Positions 12,796 to 27,564 of a stretch of 64,000 nucleotides of DNA are shown piece after piece (the stretch's first letter is position 1; each line of letters starts with the position of its first letter). This stretch comes from Balanoglossus misakiensis (taxonomy: Eukaryota; Animalia; Hemichordata). The notes below the pieces were generated by a model. That model saw nothing but the letters and a program-made list of their open reading frames with translations. It was not told the DNA's origin and did no database searches. The stretch covers positions 5,875,319-5,939,318 of the forward strand of contig CM082594.2 of assembly GCA_040954595.2 (NCBI GenBank), in the 5' to 3' direction. The translations under genes were made by a program, and so were the position numbers.

Positions 12796-15641
12796 AGTCC
12801 GCAGTTTGGTTCGAAATATCCTCTCCTGGGCCGATTTTAAGTTTTTTCTTTGCACATCCTAAACTATGAATTTTGATCACGGCATAGCTTGCTTCATTTG
12901 GTAAACTTGCAGTGACGCCATACTAGATATCGCCACATCATAAAATCGAACGCAGGCTATTTGTGGCGATGCCCGACTGTCGTCTGCAGAGGTGCCCCTG
13001 AATTATCACCTGTAATCTTCAAAGCAAGACCATAACGGGCGGCTTTGCCAAGGGAAACATGTCGAGTATCGGTAGATTATTTCAAGCACGTTCCTTGCAT
13101 TCGTTCTCCGTGGTGAAACTCATACTTCATTTTTACCGGCAGTCAACGTGGCGCCATTATGTCGAAATAATGCATCTCTGACAAAAAAAAATAAGTATGG
13201 AACCTTCTTTTGATTTCTGATTCTTCTTCCCGATCGGTGTACCGTGGTTCCATAACGATGCAACATTTTTGCCATTGTAACAAACTGCATTGAAACGCGA
13301 AGGGGACACGTCTAATTATTCAGTCATTCGCGTGTACAGATCATTTTGGTTTTTCATTGATCAGTGGCGGAATCGCCCTGATCAGAGATTCATTCACCAA
13401 GACACGATCCGGTTCGGAAAATTAGATGCACTGACATTAAATAGAGCATGCACACCACCCCCATTCCCAGCTGATTGACAGGGCGTCGCCAAATTCCGCT
13501 TTCGGCTCTGGTTTCTGGAACATGGATACCGGAAACTTGCGATGCCTGTATTTTGTGGGCATATAACGTAAGGCAGTGCCATTTGCTGCAAATTTTGGGA
13601 TAATGGATAGTTAGGTGGAACCTTAACATTTTCTAAATCTTGAAAATAGCTGAACGGAAGACTACAGACCCCTTCCGTGTTTTGGTAAACAGATGAGAAA
13701 TAGCACACTACAAAATATAGACGCACTATCACGTTATTGAAATTTTAGGAGGCTTTGACGGTACGTATACGCATGCATCTTTAGAGTGTATACATGTATG
13801 GACCGCAAGGTAGCTATCATGTGTAAATTGGCCGCGAGTCTCGAACCTCTTACTCGAATCACTGACCCCGAAAGCGCAAGATGTAATTTCGAATTCAAAC
13901 ATCATACAGTTAGAGGATAGGCGAATTGTTTTATTTCCCTTTGAAAAATACACTATTCTGGCTACTGCGTCCTATTTTCGATCATAAACCCAAAGTTTAT
14001 TGTTTCATCAAGCAAAAGTAGGAAAGAACACGTCTCGCGTAAGATTCGCAGACGACGATTTGTGATAACCCGCACTAAACAGTATAACGCCTTCGGGCAG
14101 TGCTCATAACTTTATGTGAACGCCAGTATATATGCCTTCGTTTTATAGTACTCACTTGTCAACATATTGACATTTTGCAAGAAATATTGATATTTCTCTT
14201 TTCACTTTTAAATATACAAGACAGTTATACCATATGGCAGTAGAGCGAGACAGTCTTTCTTTAAATTAATAAATATGGATGTAAACACTGAAATTATTCA
14301 TTGGAGAGTCAATCGATTTGGCATAAAACGATGTGTGAGCACCAATGTCCCCGTCTATGCATGGTTATAAGCGTTCCTGTCGCATTTAAACTGGTGTTAT
14401 GCAAGTCGATGTTTGCCAATTGAGGCGAGTGTTTCATAAACCGTGGTGATATTTACTGTCACCTGTGACTTTTGACCTTCCCGGGAAGATGATCGGGAAA
14501 ATCCGAGAGAGGGGGGAAAACCCCAATGGGCGGGGGATTACGTCAAGTGGTGCGAGATCCCCGGGCAGTCGGCGAAGATTGGCCGCCGAACTATTACCAA
14601 GCGCGATCATACCCACTTGAGTCGGCGAGTCACCGATAACGTAATTAGCTCGTCTGGCACTGTGTGCATCCCAGGGCTGGCGGGTCAACTCAGAAAAAAA
14701 TGAGGAAAACGTGATCCGACGTCTTGAGTCGAGTCAAAGGCCTTAGATCGTCGCTATCTCGTCTGGGTTCGACATCCGTACGTATACACCAAGTCCACTT
14801 TATTTGTCATATTTAATTATTGATGCTAACGAGACATTCTATCACTTAATTCCTCTTGCCAAAATACACGTTGTAGATGCGCCTCCGTCTTCGATCATTC
14901 TAGGGTGTTAGAGTGTAGTGAGCTTGTATTGGCTGGCCAGGAGGGCCATGACGTGTGACCAGTTACCTAGCCTCTGGGCGATCAGCCAAATGTGATTCCA
15001 AAATGTGATTGTCCTTTCGCACAGTACTATGTATATAGCGTCTTTGAAATCCTTCTTTGAGGTTTCGTTGGTGAGATGTGAATGTGGGGTAGGGTTTCTG
15101 TTATGTACCAAGACTGTCGCCGAGCTGGCGTTAATTTCTTTCGGAGAAAACGTGGATCGATGGGTTCATCGAACTTTCACTTCCTATGTTTCTTTATGTA
15201 GCAACATGCTCTGCTTCGTAGCACTGTTCCTGTCTTCAATACAAAATTGAATACAAAAAGTCTCCCCAGGAATAAGCTTATTCACACACGGGGTACCGGC
15301 ACATGTGTATGCCTCCAACCCCACTCGTTGTCTCTACCCTGCCCGGAGCCGGTCTTCAAATTTCACAAAACGATCCGCTTCAAAGGGATGATTCCTGGAA
15401 CAGAAAATCTTTCTTTCTTTTTTTTTGCATTCCCCTCATGATTTTACAATAAATACTTTGTGTCTACCGGCGGTGCGGTGTCTTTAACATGCCAGGTTAT
15501 TTTTTTTAGCTTCTGTGCACTGTCTTTGAAAGCACCACCGCTATCCTTTATGCCTAGCGTTCATAAATATCAGGCGTTTGTGGCGTGCAAAGAAATGTGA
15601 TTCGATTTTTTACGTGAGTTTTCTCTCGAGACTGAGAGGAT

Positions 15642-15735
15642 ACAGACAGGCAGACAGATAGACAGACAGGCAGACAGACAGAGAGACAGACAGACATATA
15701 TACAGACAGGTAGGCAGGCATGCAGGCAGACAGAC
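15642..15735. repeat. (GACA/GGCA)n imperfect microsatellite
   Basis: Direct reading. Confidence 0.85.
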
Positions 15736-18700
15736 ATGTTAAAGCAGACAGCTCCTATTATATTGCCAAGCGGCGATCCAGCAAGTTAAAACGAAAGAAT
15801 GACGAAAGAAAGAATGACACACTGGAAAGAAAGAAAGACAAAAAGACGATTGAGATCAAAGCAAAATTGTGACGGAAAAGAAGAAAGATTTTGAAACAAA
15901 TTTGATTCTTTCAATTTCAAGCCTAACCATGTTGTATTAAATTCACCCATGTACATGTATACACACCGCAGTTGCATGCAAGCGTGTGAAATTACTTCCT
16001 CAAGAGGACTTAGTGTTAACATGCTTACGCCTACAGATTCAGTTATTGTGAATTCACCAAATAGAGATGTAATCAGTTAGGTAATAAATCTTAACAGCTA
16101 TTTAAAAGGCAATTTTGCCTTTGCATCACACGTGTCTCAGTGTACCGCATCTTTACGAGGTCTGCGCATGTCTGAAGTGACTAATGATGTAAAGGCCAAC
16201 GCCCACAGACTACCTTTTTAACTCTTCCACGAGAGATAACGCTCAAATGTACCTTTGTCGTGTTTGTGACATGAATTAGTACATCGGTTTTGTGATCATG
16301 TTCATCTAGGCTGTCGCGACCAGCTGATGTATTATTTGCATTAATATTATGCAGACCATAATTCAAAAAAATTAATTTCTAAGCCAGCATCGTGACATTT
16401 ATAATATCATTAGAGCATCGCGCAAAGACGTATATTTCTATAATATACAGGCGCGGAGGCAAAGATATACAACCCATATATATGTATATAATACAGGCAA
16501 GACAGAAGTGTGGACTTTTCTGAGCTCAAAGTGCGATGTACACGTACATTAGCATTGGAATACATTGGCCAAATAACACTTTTCCTGCTAGACGTGTAGT
16601 GTACACGCGAAAATAACAAGATGTCAGTTCACAAGGTGTTATGAAAATGGAACACGTGTGACATGCATGTAGAGAGGCGAAGCTTGTCATGTAATTAGGT
16701 TTCTGTGGGTGCCGTGATAACGTTTGCATGTCCTAAACGTTTTACACCTGACCGGTTACAATTTCGTTTGTAAGCGTTGTTAACGTAACGATCGGCCCGG
16801 CAATAGGCAATTTCGATGTAAATGGAAATTGGTCTGCGACCACACGCGTGGAGGATTTCCCGTTGCAAGCTCCGAAATTAAGATTTCCATTGTGCTCCGT
16901 AAGAGCTGTGTAGCCGCAATGCATTCGCGTATCCCTTGTCCAATATTGATGAGCTGTAATGGGACTTTTGAAGGTGAAATCACTGATCGCCGTCGATCTG
17001 ATGCAATAAGGAGTGTCGAAAAAGGAACACAGCCCAGTGCCGCTGTAAGTCAAAGTCTTTACCGTCAGATCAAACTATTAAAATCAAACGCTCAGTGCCA
17101 TCAATCTCGATACTTATCAGAAAATATGTAATTGAAAATTCGGCACGCACGCTATCCGTATCGATTGCCTGGCAACGGGAGTAAAAGCAAGACTAGTATA
17201 AATCGATGCTATAGATAAAAGATTATCGACGAGCCAACTCCATAACAAACACACCTAACCCCCACAAGCTGACTTATCTATTACTTGAAAGTACAAGCGG
17301 AACGCTGATGACGTCAGAATCATATTAGGCAAAAAAAGTCCGCTCGTTCAATTTGAAAGGCATCATATTAAGCATTTGTAACAGCGTGTAAGCTACCGCC
17401 TCGTCAAACCGAATTAGAATGTACAATATACGGTTTTTAATACCATTCTGAAGCTTCGGAGATGTAACGATAATTTTGATAACCCCACAGCTAGTTGAGT
17501 TGAGTGATAACAGGGAAATTGAATGAAATTGAAAGAACCGTGCGCACAGGTGGGCTATTTGCCACTGCGCACTTTATATTCTACTGACCAATTTCTCATT
17601 TAAAAGTACAGCTGAACTTATCTGCTTAACTCGCGTAGAAGTGACGAAGTTTAACATTGGGAGTTTCTGTGATTTTCTGTGTCAAATATTCTTCTTATGT
17701 TGACGAAAATATGTCTTGAGAAAACCGCTTTCTATCTGAATCTGGAAAATATACTTGCAAAAATGCCAGATGGACACCATCAATAACATCACCATCGGCA
17801 CAAGGGGTTTGACATGCGAAACGGCGCTGCGTTTTCTCGTCCATGACGTCATCAAACACGGGTTAAACTTGCAAATTATAACCAACCCCTGAGCAACATG
17901 TCCTTGACTTGTGTTATTGAGAAAAAAACATGAATCTTGGGGACTTGTGCATTTTTTTCACAATGAAATGAGTCGTCCTTGTCATATATCAAGATGTTGT
18001 TTTCAACGTACATTGTATATGGGAAACGCTAAACAAGACTCTCTTTTATACCATCTTTGGGGGGTCAGTTCGCAAAACCTTGACAGTTTCACTGTTTGAA
18101 AGGATGAGCACACTTATATTTTCTGAAAAATATGATACACCCCCATTGTTTTAAAGGCCTTGTGAAAGTCTGATATACCTTTAAATATACCATAAACTAA
18201 AATAACAGTACTCCAACTTTGCGCTGTTTTCTCAATATTTTTGTTGTGGGTATCGCCTATGGTTTCCTTTTCTACTCTGTATAACACAAAGGAATCATAG
18301 CTCAATTAAGGTTTTAAAAATATGCCTATTGTGCCAATCAACATTGGTATTGTTGAAAATTGGATTCAAGTCCAGATTTGAATTCATCTGTCAACAAAAA
18401 ACGATGACCGTTGCTCACATACATGCCTGGTTGACAAGCTAAAAACCGAACATTTCATTAATCTATTCACAGTAAACCATGAAACCCGAGTTGATACATG
18501 GGGGGAATACAGTAACTGAAAAAAATAGCCAGAAGTTATAGTTAATGGGGCTTTAAATATCTTCACTGCAACCTTGACTTTTTTATGTACAGACTTAATA
18601 AAATGCGCGATTGGGTATGTTGGTTTATTCTCCTCAAATGCCTACGAGGAAAATAGAACAAGATAATCCAGAAAACCGCCTGTCTTTGAATTTTAACACG

Positions 18701-21700
18701 TTCTCGAGAAGTATGTAGACGAGTTCAAAGGGACAGGCAACTTCAGCTCTGTCACGTATGGCTTTCGGTTCCTTGAGTCCCAGTTCAAACGGAAGCCATT
18801 TGGGCACACTTTAACGCTTCAGTTTGTATAATAGCCAGCCGACGTGACATTTTCGCCATGTGGGCTAAATCATTGAGAGACATACAACTGGCTGACGTGC
18901 GTATAATATAGCCCGTAGACCTTTTGAGTCGCAGATTTCCCTTTCTGCGAAGCGCGCAAATCCGTATCGCTCCCCTCGCCCGGAGACTGGATTTAAGTAA
19001 GCTGAGTTTTCATTGATGGGTTTTTACTCATTAAGAAAATGTCGCCATCCCCCCAGACGACAATTTTCGCCTCTTAAGCCCGCTATCTCGCACGAGATTG
19101 AAACACAACGTTTGTGTACACTGCGAAGTTTAATCAATTGCAAACGATAATCTGGCTTCCTGGGCGGCCAGGCACACTTTTCGTTGGGGATTTCTTAGTT
19201 TCATCCAGCGGTGGAATTAGGGCTCAGCCTTTGTGAACGAATCCCAATCTGCGAATGAGACGATTGTTCCGACGACGCGCGCCCAATTACACCGCCATAT
19301 GTATCCTCCCGCAGCATTTCAGCCAACCCATCTAGACTGAATGCATGTCTAAATCCATTTATACGAAATAAAGTGCGCATTGAGGGCCTGCACCCACTCA
19401 CAATGTGGCGGTAATAAGCTACTTATAACGTCGTTCACAGTGATTTCATCAGCCAGAAACAGTTCTCCAACGACAGGCATCCGTATTCAGCGACGCCATG
19501 AATAGCTTCCAAATCAGTCAAAGCAGTGGAACTCATCAACAAAAGGTCAAAGTTCGCCAGTAGCTGACCCCGAGATCAGTGAGCGTTTTTTACAAGAAGG
19601 AAGTAATACAAACAGATGTTGAATTTGAGTTTTTGTGCTTTTATCGAGAAAATTTAATTTAAAGCATCAATGCTCTGAATTAGAGCGAATTTATTTCAGC
19701 TATTTGATAAAAAATAGGCAGGATAGATTCAATAAGAACATTCTGGCAGAAGTGAGTGCTATCACATCGATTGTAAAATGGCTTTTCTGTTCCAAATCTA
19801 ATTACGCGATATGCTAACCATTTTTTCCTACACATAGTGACATTTATCCATCAAACCAAATACAACCACTCACCCACCAACCTATCCATCCTTCTGACCC
19901 TCCATCCGTCCGTCCATCTAACCACCCACCCACCCACCCATCACTTACCAACAAAACCTTTGGTTCCACCAACTGCTGCTAAACAACATTCCATATTGTC
20001 AAATTCGTAATGCAAAGTTCATATCGGTTTACAATAATCAAAAACGTGTCACTTGGGCTTCTGTTTGTAGATACGGTGTACGTTCTAGTGATAACGGCGT
20101 TTTGGTTCCCCAATTAGAGGTCTTTAAAGAGCAACCATAAACCGTAGGAGTCTTCTCTGCATCTGACCCACTTCTGCACCAAGAGAACGTCGACCTTTTA
20201 CAAATTCACGACCAAGTGCACTGAATAACAAATCACCATTCGAAATTAACTTTAAATGTCACATGCTTGTTCAACTGGGCAGCTCTGTTTCGATAATAAT
20301 CCTGAAGAGAAGTAACAATAACCAAATGATGAATTGTTGGAACTGCTCAGTCATGTTAATTCTTCGTGGTGGGTTTATGAGGTTTGTCTACGTGATAGAT
20401 TGGGAAGGGCTCATCTAAAATTGCAAATGTATGTTTTAATTGGAAATATAGACAAATCGACATCTGCTTGATCGAAGCATGTCAATACTGAACATGATGT
20501 CCACATGTGTGCCATCTGCGCATGTCACTAACTTGAATAGAGTCGCTTGGTAAAAGCTACCTGTTACATGTAGGTCGTCTAAAACATATGTACAGTATAG
20601 CCCTTCGGCATAACAGCTGCATGTTGTTTTATCGCCATACAAACCAAGTTGACCAAACACATCCTGGCAGGATGGTGTAAACATTGACTTGTGGGAAGAG
20701 TAAACGTTCTGAATGTGAACGTGACAAACCCGGTATGTCCAGATTACAGCGAAGAATATCGCATGTTCTCTGCATTGTAATGCAATCGGGCAGTTTTAAA
20801 TCACGGGCTTTTATGTTGTGTCGGACATAAAGGGCAGCTATAACAGATTGACGACCTGGCGGTAGTGCAGGCGTTTGCGATCGTTAAAACGCCGCATGCT
20901 TTGATAAGTCTTCGGAGATACAGGGTTATCAGTGTTTTTGTAAACACATGCATGTCCAGTAGGTGTGCTCAAAAATGTTCGCTGACAGGGCGTATGCATT
21001 TTACATGAGATATGAAACACGGGTAATTTTAAAGAGTAATTTGAGTATGGTATTATAGTTGACGACGAGCGTGGAGTACATCCTGCCAGGTATACATTGT
21101 ATGTCCAATGTATGTCCAGGGGGAAGTTTGGGCGGTAAAGCGACCGCGATTCCGTGCATCCTTGGGTCCCTTCCAATTTTTGCTTATTTATCGAAAAACG
21201 TTACGATCGTACATGCTGTCGCATTCTTTGGGGAAATTCTTCATAACGAAGCCTCGCAGGTTGCCTAACGCCACTGCAGGAAACACCAAGGGTCCGCCAT
21301 TAAGCGGTATTGACAGCCTGCATCATGATTAACGTCTACTTGTGCGAAATTCGCCGGTATAACCCGGTATAACCATGCAAGCCAAACAGAAGGGTAAACT
21401 TTCATTTCCCGCCATGACTTTGTGTACAAAAGTGATTGCAGTTCGCCAAGACATTACCAGGGGTCTCGGTCTGCAGTCACGACTAAAATGAAAAATGATT
21501 ATTTACGGCGTCACAAGTATGCCTTTACCATCATCCTATATCCGACAGACTACAATATTATTGATAACAAGTAAATATATATTATTCTATCAAACACATA
21601 ACCGAATGTAATGTTTACTTAAATGTGAGTGCATGACAACGTTTACCTAACAAATAGCAAGATTCTATAAAACTTGAAAAGAAGTGTGTAATATCTTAAA

Positions 21701-22390
21701 CGTGACTAAGAATTAATGGGCATTTGATCCTTCAAAGTAAGACATACACACGAAAATGGATCTATAAACAATTAGTTTACAAGAAAGGTTTGCAAAGCAT
21801 TACACAAAAATGTCAGAGCTCTGCTTCTGTCGTATGATATCATGTACAGTGTGCCGTTCTCAACAATCCACCGACTGCTCGATTCTGACTAGATATTGTA
21901 GGTTAAAGTAAACCTTACAATCTAATACAAAGGAGAAAGTGAAAAGGGGGCTCTCTCAAAGCATGACGTGTGTGCACCGCATTGAAGAGCAAAAGTAAAT
22001 TGTTTCTTAGATTGTTCTCGAAACTGTTGAAAGCGGCACGTCGACGGATTTCAATTTGTAACGTATAGCACAGAAATGTGAACTGAGCCCCGTGTATGAG
22101 CGCCCATCATATCCATGGTAACATTAATTTGTAACATACTTGTGGTGAAAAATGATCCGATGTTCAGTGTCGGGAAAATAGATAAGTGTACATTGCCAAG
22201 GGCAGTGTCTTTAATGTGCGCGCGCTTTGAAAGTGAAATCTTAAACTTTTGAACACTTCGTTCAAGGACACATTGCAGGCCTAGTAGCTGCATCTTAGAT
22301 TCACAAATTTCTTTCCGCCGTGCTCTCAAAACCTACTTTTATAGAGTTGTATTGCCTTGCCCTGTATACGTAGAGCTCCATGTGGAGATT

Positions 22391-22486
22391 CCGCCTCCTC
22401 CTCCTCCTTCTCCTCCTCCTCATCGACGTCGTCATCATCATCATCATCATCATCATTATCATCATCATCATCATCATCATCATCAC
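22391..22486. repeat. Compound (CCT)n-(CAT)n microsatellite
   Basis: Direct reading; explains the poly-P/poly-H and poly-M/poly-R ORFs. Confidence 0.93.
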
Positions 22487-24257
22487 CGTCCTTTAAAAAT
22501 TATTTCAAGATTCGAATTTAATATTCCTGCAAAGATTTTGTCTATAGTCTGTTTTAGTAAAGCCCGGAAGGGCGTCGTGCTGAAAGAGCGCCGTTGAAAT
22601 CTTCGATGGCAGTAATGCAAGCCACATTTCTATCGTTTTAACTGCTTTGTGAATCGGGTGGCATTGCCCTATCTAGATGATATTACTGCGATTCTGATAA
22701 ATTTGCTGGAAAGTTCAGACATCAAAACACAGCATCAACCGCGCGGAACCCCGTCTGGTGATTGTGCCTAGTTTCGTGACGTCATCGACAGCGACAGGAA
22801 ATTTATGTTCCAACCAATCTTTGTTGACATGCTTCCGTGAATATCAATCTTGTTGGACGACACAGCCGTATGCAATCTGCTTGAGGCTTACAAACATACA
22901 GAAAACACGTATCTGATAGCGCATCTGAGATTTCTAATCTATCCACGGCATAAAATAGGGTGAACATTTATGTTCTTGGTGCAGAAGGGCACAAATCTGG
23001 GTCGTCCTAATTTTCTGGAAAATTGCTCCCAAAAGTACGATTTAGCAGTGGTTATGCTGTCATATTACAGAGACCTCGGTTTTCATTTATTTTTACTCGT
23101 CAGAGCTGGAAGCGACAAAAGAACAGTCACCTAAGGATTATCCGTCTCTACGATGCAAACGCCTTGCTTGAATGATCACAATGACAACAAATTTCTTGCA
23201 GCATGTTGTTCTTTGACAATTTAAGATCTGATCCAAAGAACAAAACAATGGGTTGCTTGGACAATGGAAAACAAAGAGTATAAAACGCATGGCCTTGATA
23301 AAATGCGCAGACGGCAAGATTGTTGCGCAAAGCTAGCTTGGAGGAGATGGTCGCTCTTTACCTGCAGTTCAAGAAGTTTCTCAGACATTCCGCGGTGTCG
23401 GCTATGAAATATCACTGTCTAACTCCGTGATGGCGCCAGATAATTTTCGCTAACGACTTCCCATGTGTCTATATATTTGATTTATGCGCCATCTCACGCT
23501 TTAAACACAAACACCCAATCGCTGTAGGGAAATAATCGCACAGACGTTTTAAAGTTACTCGAATATTTGGGATCCCAATTAAGAGAAGAACCGCAGTTAA
23601 CACCTGGAATCCTCGAACTTTTTTATAAATGACCAATTTGCCCACCGGGAAGGCATTAAACGACTACGGCGAGAGTGACGGTCCTATTCATGAATTTTGC
23701 ATTGAGATTTGCGATGACAAAAATTAATAAGCTAACAGGGCCACTGGGTGTACCTCCGTCAAACTGTGACAATCACCGCAGTCCTGGATGATTTACAATG
23801 TGAAGCTTTGGTTTACCGTTCCCCCTCTCTGTCTGTCTCTGCCTTGAAAAAAACCCAGAAAGTCAACGCATGCTGTTTGACTTACATGGCATCAGCAGTC
23901 GTAAGCCTGGCGATGTAATGTAAGCGAAATCTTTTATGATGTACAAATGAAACGGCCGTCTGAAGAGATCTGTTGTCGCTTGCAGCCAGATAATGGCGAT
24001 GTTTCGCGCAATCCTAACACTATGTAATGTTCGACGGTGAAGAAAATCCATATAACCTGTTATTAAAAATTTATTGGGCGCCATAAGCCTTAATTCTGGG
24101 CCCAGACAAACCTTTCTGTGAATACTAACGTGATAATATACCAAGTGTTTTGAATATTAAGTATATGTTATTGTCATTATCAGTAATATTTTGTCGTTGT
24201 TGTCGTTAACGGGTAAAATTATGAGGGATGGAAAAACAAAATGTACGGCTTAATTAA

Positions 24258-24860
24258 AGCCCCAGTATTTCTCGTGTGCATCCATTTTTCATCATCGAAA
24301 AAAGCCCGTTTTTCCAGTACATCCATCATGGAATACTATATAATGAAGATGTAAGAAAGGTTTGGGCAATTGTAGCTACATGCAAGCCGAAAATATCGCC
24401 CGTAACACTTGAAATGATGCGTGGGTTTGTTTACAACGGAAATGTTGTACATGTCGATCAGCAAACGTGCCACTTTGACATTTTGATGGTCAGACCATTT
24501 TCGGATTTGATCTGGTTCCATCGACTGATTTCTCCCATAAAGTTATCTTCCCAAATTTTCGCCGAATTAGTGCGCATTTCTTCGCTGAGTCGCTTGATTT
24601 GGGGCGACCAAACCTCTTCTGCGTAGATTCACATTTGAGTGCGCATGCGCACTAGTCACGTGTGTCAACATTAGCCTGACTCACGTGACTTTCTGTCCGG
24701 ACAGAAAGTCATTCTTCACTCGTTATATTGTAAATTGTATGAGTTTATCAGCAGAGCTGGGGATGATGACTGTTCGATTCAGTATCAATTATCATCTACT
24801 TTTAGAAATTATAGATGCCGTTTCAAACAAAATTTTGCCCCTACGAGAAATACTGTGGCT
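24258..24860. mobile_element. Non-autonomous TIR element with TTAA TSD (Kolobok-like), 603 bp
   Basis: TTAA|AGCCCCAGTATTTCTCGT ... ACGAGAAATACTGTGGCT|TTAA: 18-bp TIR with 1 mismatch. TTAA TSD plus purine-purine termini is the Kolobok pattern. Confidence 0.8.
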
Positions 24861-27374
24861 TTAATATGCATGGACGTTCGGTCGGTTTGGGCATTTCTTT
24901 CATGTGTCATAATGGTGAGGATACGATATGATGATAATGACATGACATGAAATGATGATGTCGAGATGACGATATAACGTGAGAATATAAAGTTAAAATG
25001 GACAGCGTGCCAACAATTGGTAGAATATTTACTCCATATCCTTGATTGGATCGAATTCGTGTAACCAAACCAAGACATAATTTCTAGTGCAACCTGTCGG
25101 TTCAAATATGTGCCTAACTCGCACATTTTATGCTGCTGCACGATTCAGAATTATTGAAATTTGTATTGGATCACTCAGAAAGCTTACTATTTGTAACTAA
25201 GTAGACAGCTGTGGTGAAATGATAAAAAATGAAATTCAAGTACATTTCACCACGGGTGGTTTTCTATAGAGACCTTTGAAATTGAAAAACGATGGTTGGA
25301 CATAAAAAGTAGCGATTTAATATTGCTTGCTCCTATTGGTTTGGTGTGATATTTTATTGTGCTAGGACACAGTTTTCAATCAGAAGTCTTATTGCGTGGA
25401 GAATATAAAGATTCCGGTTTAGAGACAGAGAATTTGATTTACAGTTGCATGTGCGACAGCTGTCGACCGGGAAGGGGATAGGTGGAATAATGTTTGGTGA
25501 GAAAATTTCACCTTTAAAATTACGATGCACAATAATGCATTCTTCGTATTCCCCAATACCAAACCGTTATCGACGTATTTGGCATTACACTTATGTTGCT
25601 CACAGCCGCCATCGAAGCGATTGTTTGCATTTCGATTCATGGCGGTTGTTATAATACACATGATTTTCATTGTAACACTGAGGAAAGACATTGCTACTTA
25701 TTTTTCTCATCGATGGTACGTTTTGCTGGCAGAGGCAAACCGTACTTTCAACTCTGCAAACCCGTTGCCGGATATCGCCATACCAGTATTCAATTACGCG
25801 GTTCTGTATCGCCCAGCAATGATCTGTAATTCTCTAATTCTTTGATTCCCGGAATTTTTCTGGCTTACTTTTGTGCAAGCCGATATCATAAGTGGGGACA
25901 AAAAACAGACAATATCGCTCCAGTGAGCGGAGTCCATGTCACGATAGATATTGAAATTCTTTAGGTGTCCCCTTCTTTAATTTGATAAAACTCCCGCGTT
26001 GCCATGGTTTGTTTATTCTGCCACACATCCGGTGTATCGGCGCGCTCGGCTGGACGCGTGTTCAAACACAAAAGCGTTCCTCCACCACGCTGGGTGCGTT
26101 CATCTAACTATTTCTATCCGCCTTCCCTCCACCATTGTGCGTTGCGAGGCAAGAAATATGCGCGATTCGGCGGGCCACTCGGGGAGCACATGCTAAAGCC
26201 CGGACCCGCTGTTATTGAAAAAAGTAAATCTGCATATCAAATTACAGCTCAGGACATTGCATCAAAGGTAAATGTAATACTATCTCCCCTTTCATATTCC
26301 CCCTCTTTCTTGTAAATGATCACGATTTGATTTTGTGAGCGCACTTCCCGTTGGATGTTGTGATCTCGCGTTCGACAAAAGTTTAATACACTCGTGTGTG
26401 ATAGCAGGGAATTCAATAATAAAGTGCAGATAAGGTCTAGGTCATTTATTCCGAGCGAGCTCACACATATTCTCGGCTTAAAGCTAATTCACATCCGATT
26501 TCAACATTTAAATTTGATTCTGGTGTAGCAAGTGCAAGTTGTCTTACGGAAAGGCCTTCAAGTTTGATGGCATTTCAAATTTAAACGTCGGATCTTTGCT
26601 ACTTGTCTTCGCTGCCTTGGGTACGGTGATGTTCCAATAAAAGAAAATACAGAGATCAAAGACACGAAGTTGGTAATCCTGTGTCTCAGTGATACACCAT
26701 TTCTATTTTTCTGTATTCTTGTTGATGTTCAAATATTTTTTTCCTACTGAACATTTACGTTTGATGCTCTGGACTTTATTATGGGCATTAGGGATTTCGT
26801 CTTGCAAATACTCTACGACCGAAAAATCTGAATGTCTGCTCAATCACACAGGCAGTGGGCTATGATTCCTCGGATCTGTCAAACTTGTCTTCGACTGGGG
26901 GAATCCGCGTGTCATTTAACTCGACATGGGAGCGACTAGACACGACTTGTCAGTGTACACCTCGCGCTATGACGCAGCCCGCTGCGCAACATTGCAATCA
27001 CGCGGATGCGCACCAAAGAAATCAACATCTGAAATTAACATGTTTTTTCCCCTCCCTTTGTTCCTCCACCGTGTCGCGCAGCCAGGGATCAATTGATGAC
27101 CCGTTAATGTGAGCGTTGATGCGATTCAATGCATTTGAAATTGTGAGTCAATTTCATTACGGTGACGCTAATCGTTGCACGCCGTACGTTTAATGGAATT
27201 TGCTAATCGTCTGTGCACATCACAGGTGAATGTACCGCGGGTATTATGATTGCTGTAATTTTCCCTTTTCGCCTCGCAACGTTCAATCATATCACCGTCC
27301 TTTCCTCTCTCCTGTCCCGTGTGTGTCTGGTCTCCTCCCTGTGACGCAGTTTTAAACAAACCCCATCACTAAGG

Positions 27375-27564
27375 CATACATACATACATACATACATACA
27401 TACATACATACATACATACATACATACATACATACATACATACATACATACATACACATACATACATACATACATACATACATACATACATACATACATA
27501 CATAGCACATACATACATACATACATACATACATACATACAATACATACAATACATACATACAT
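27375..27564. repeat. (CATA)n microsatellite
   Basis: Direct reading, about 190 bp. Confidence 0.97.

Noticed and set aside
14740-14780. GGTTCGAC B-box-like word suggesting a tRNA or tRNA-derived SINE
   Set aside because: No A box at the right spacing and no cloverleaf could be built.
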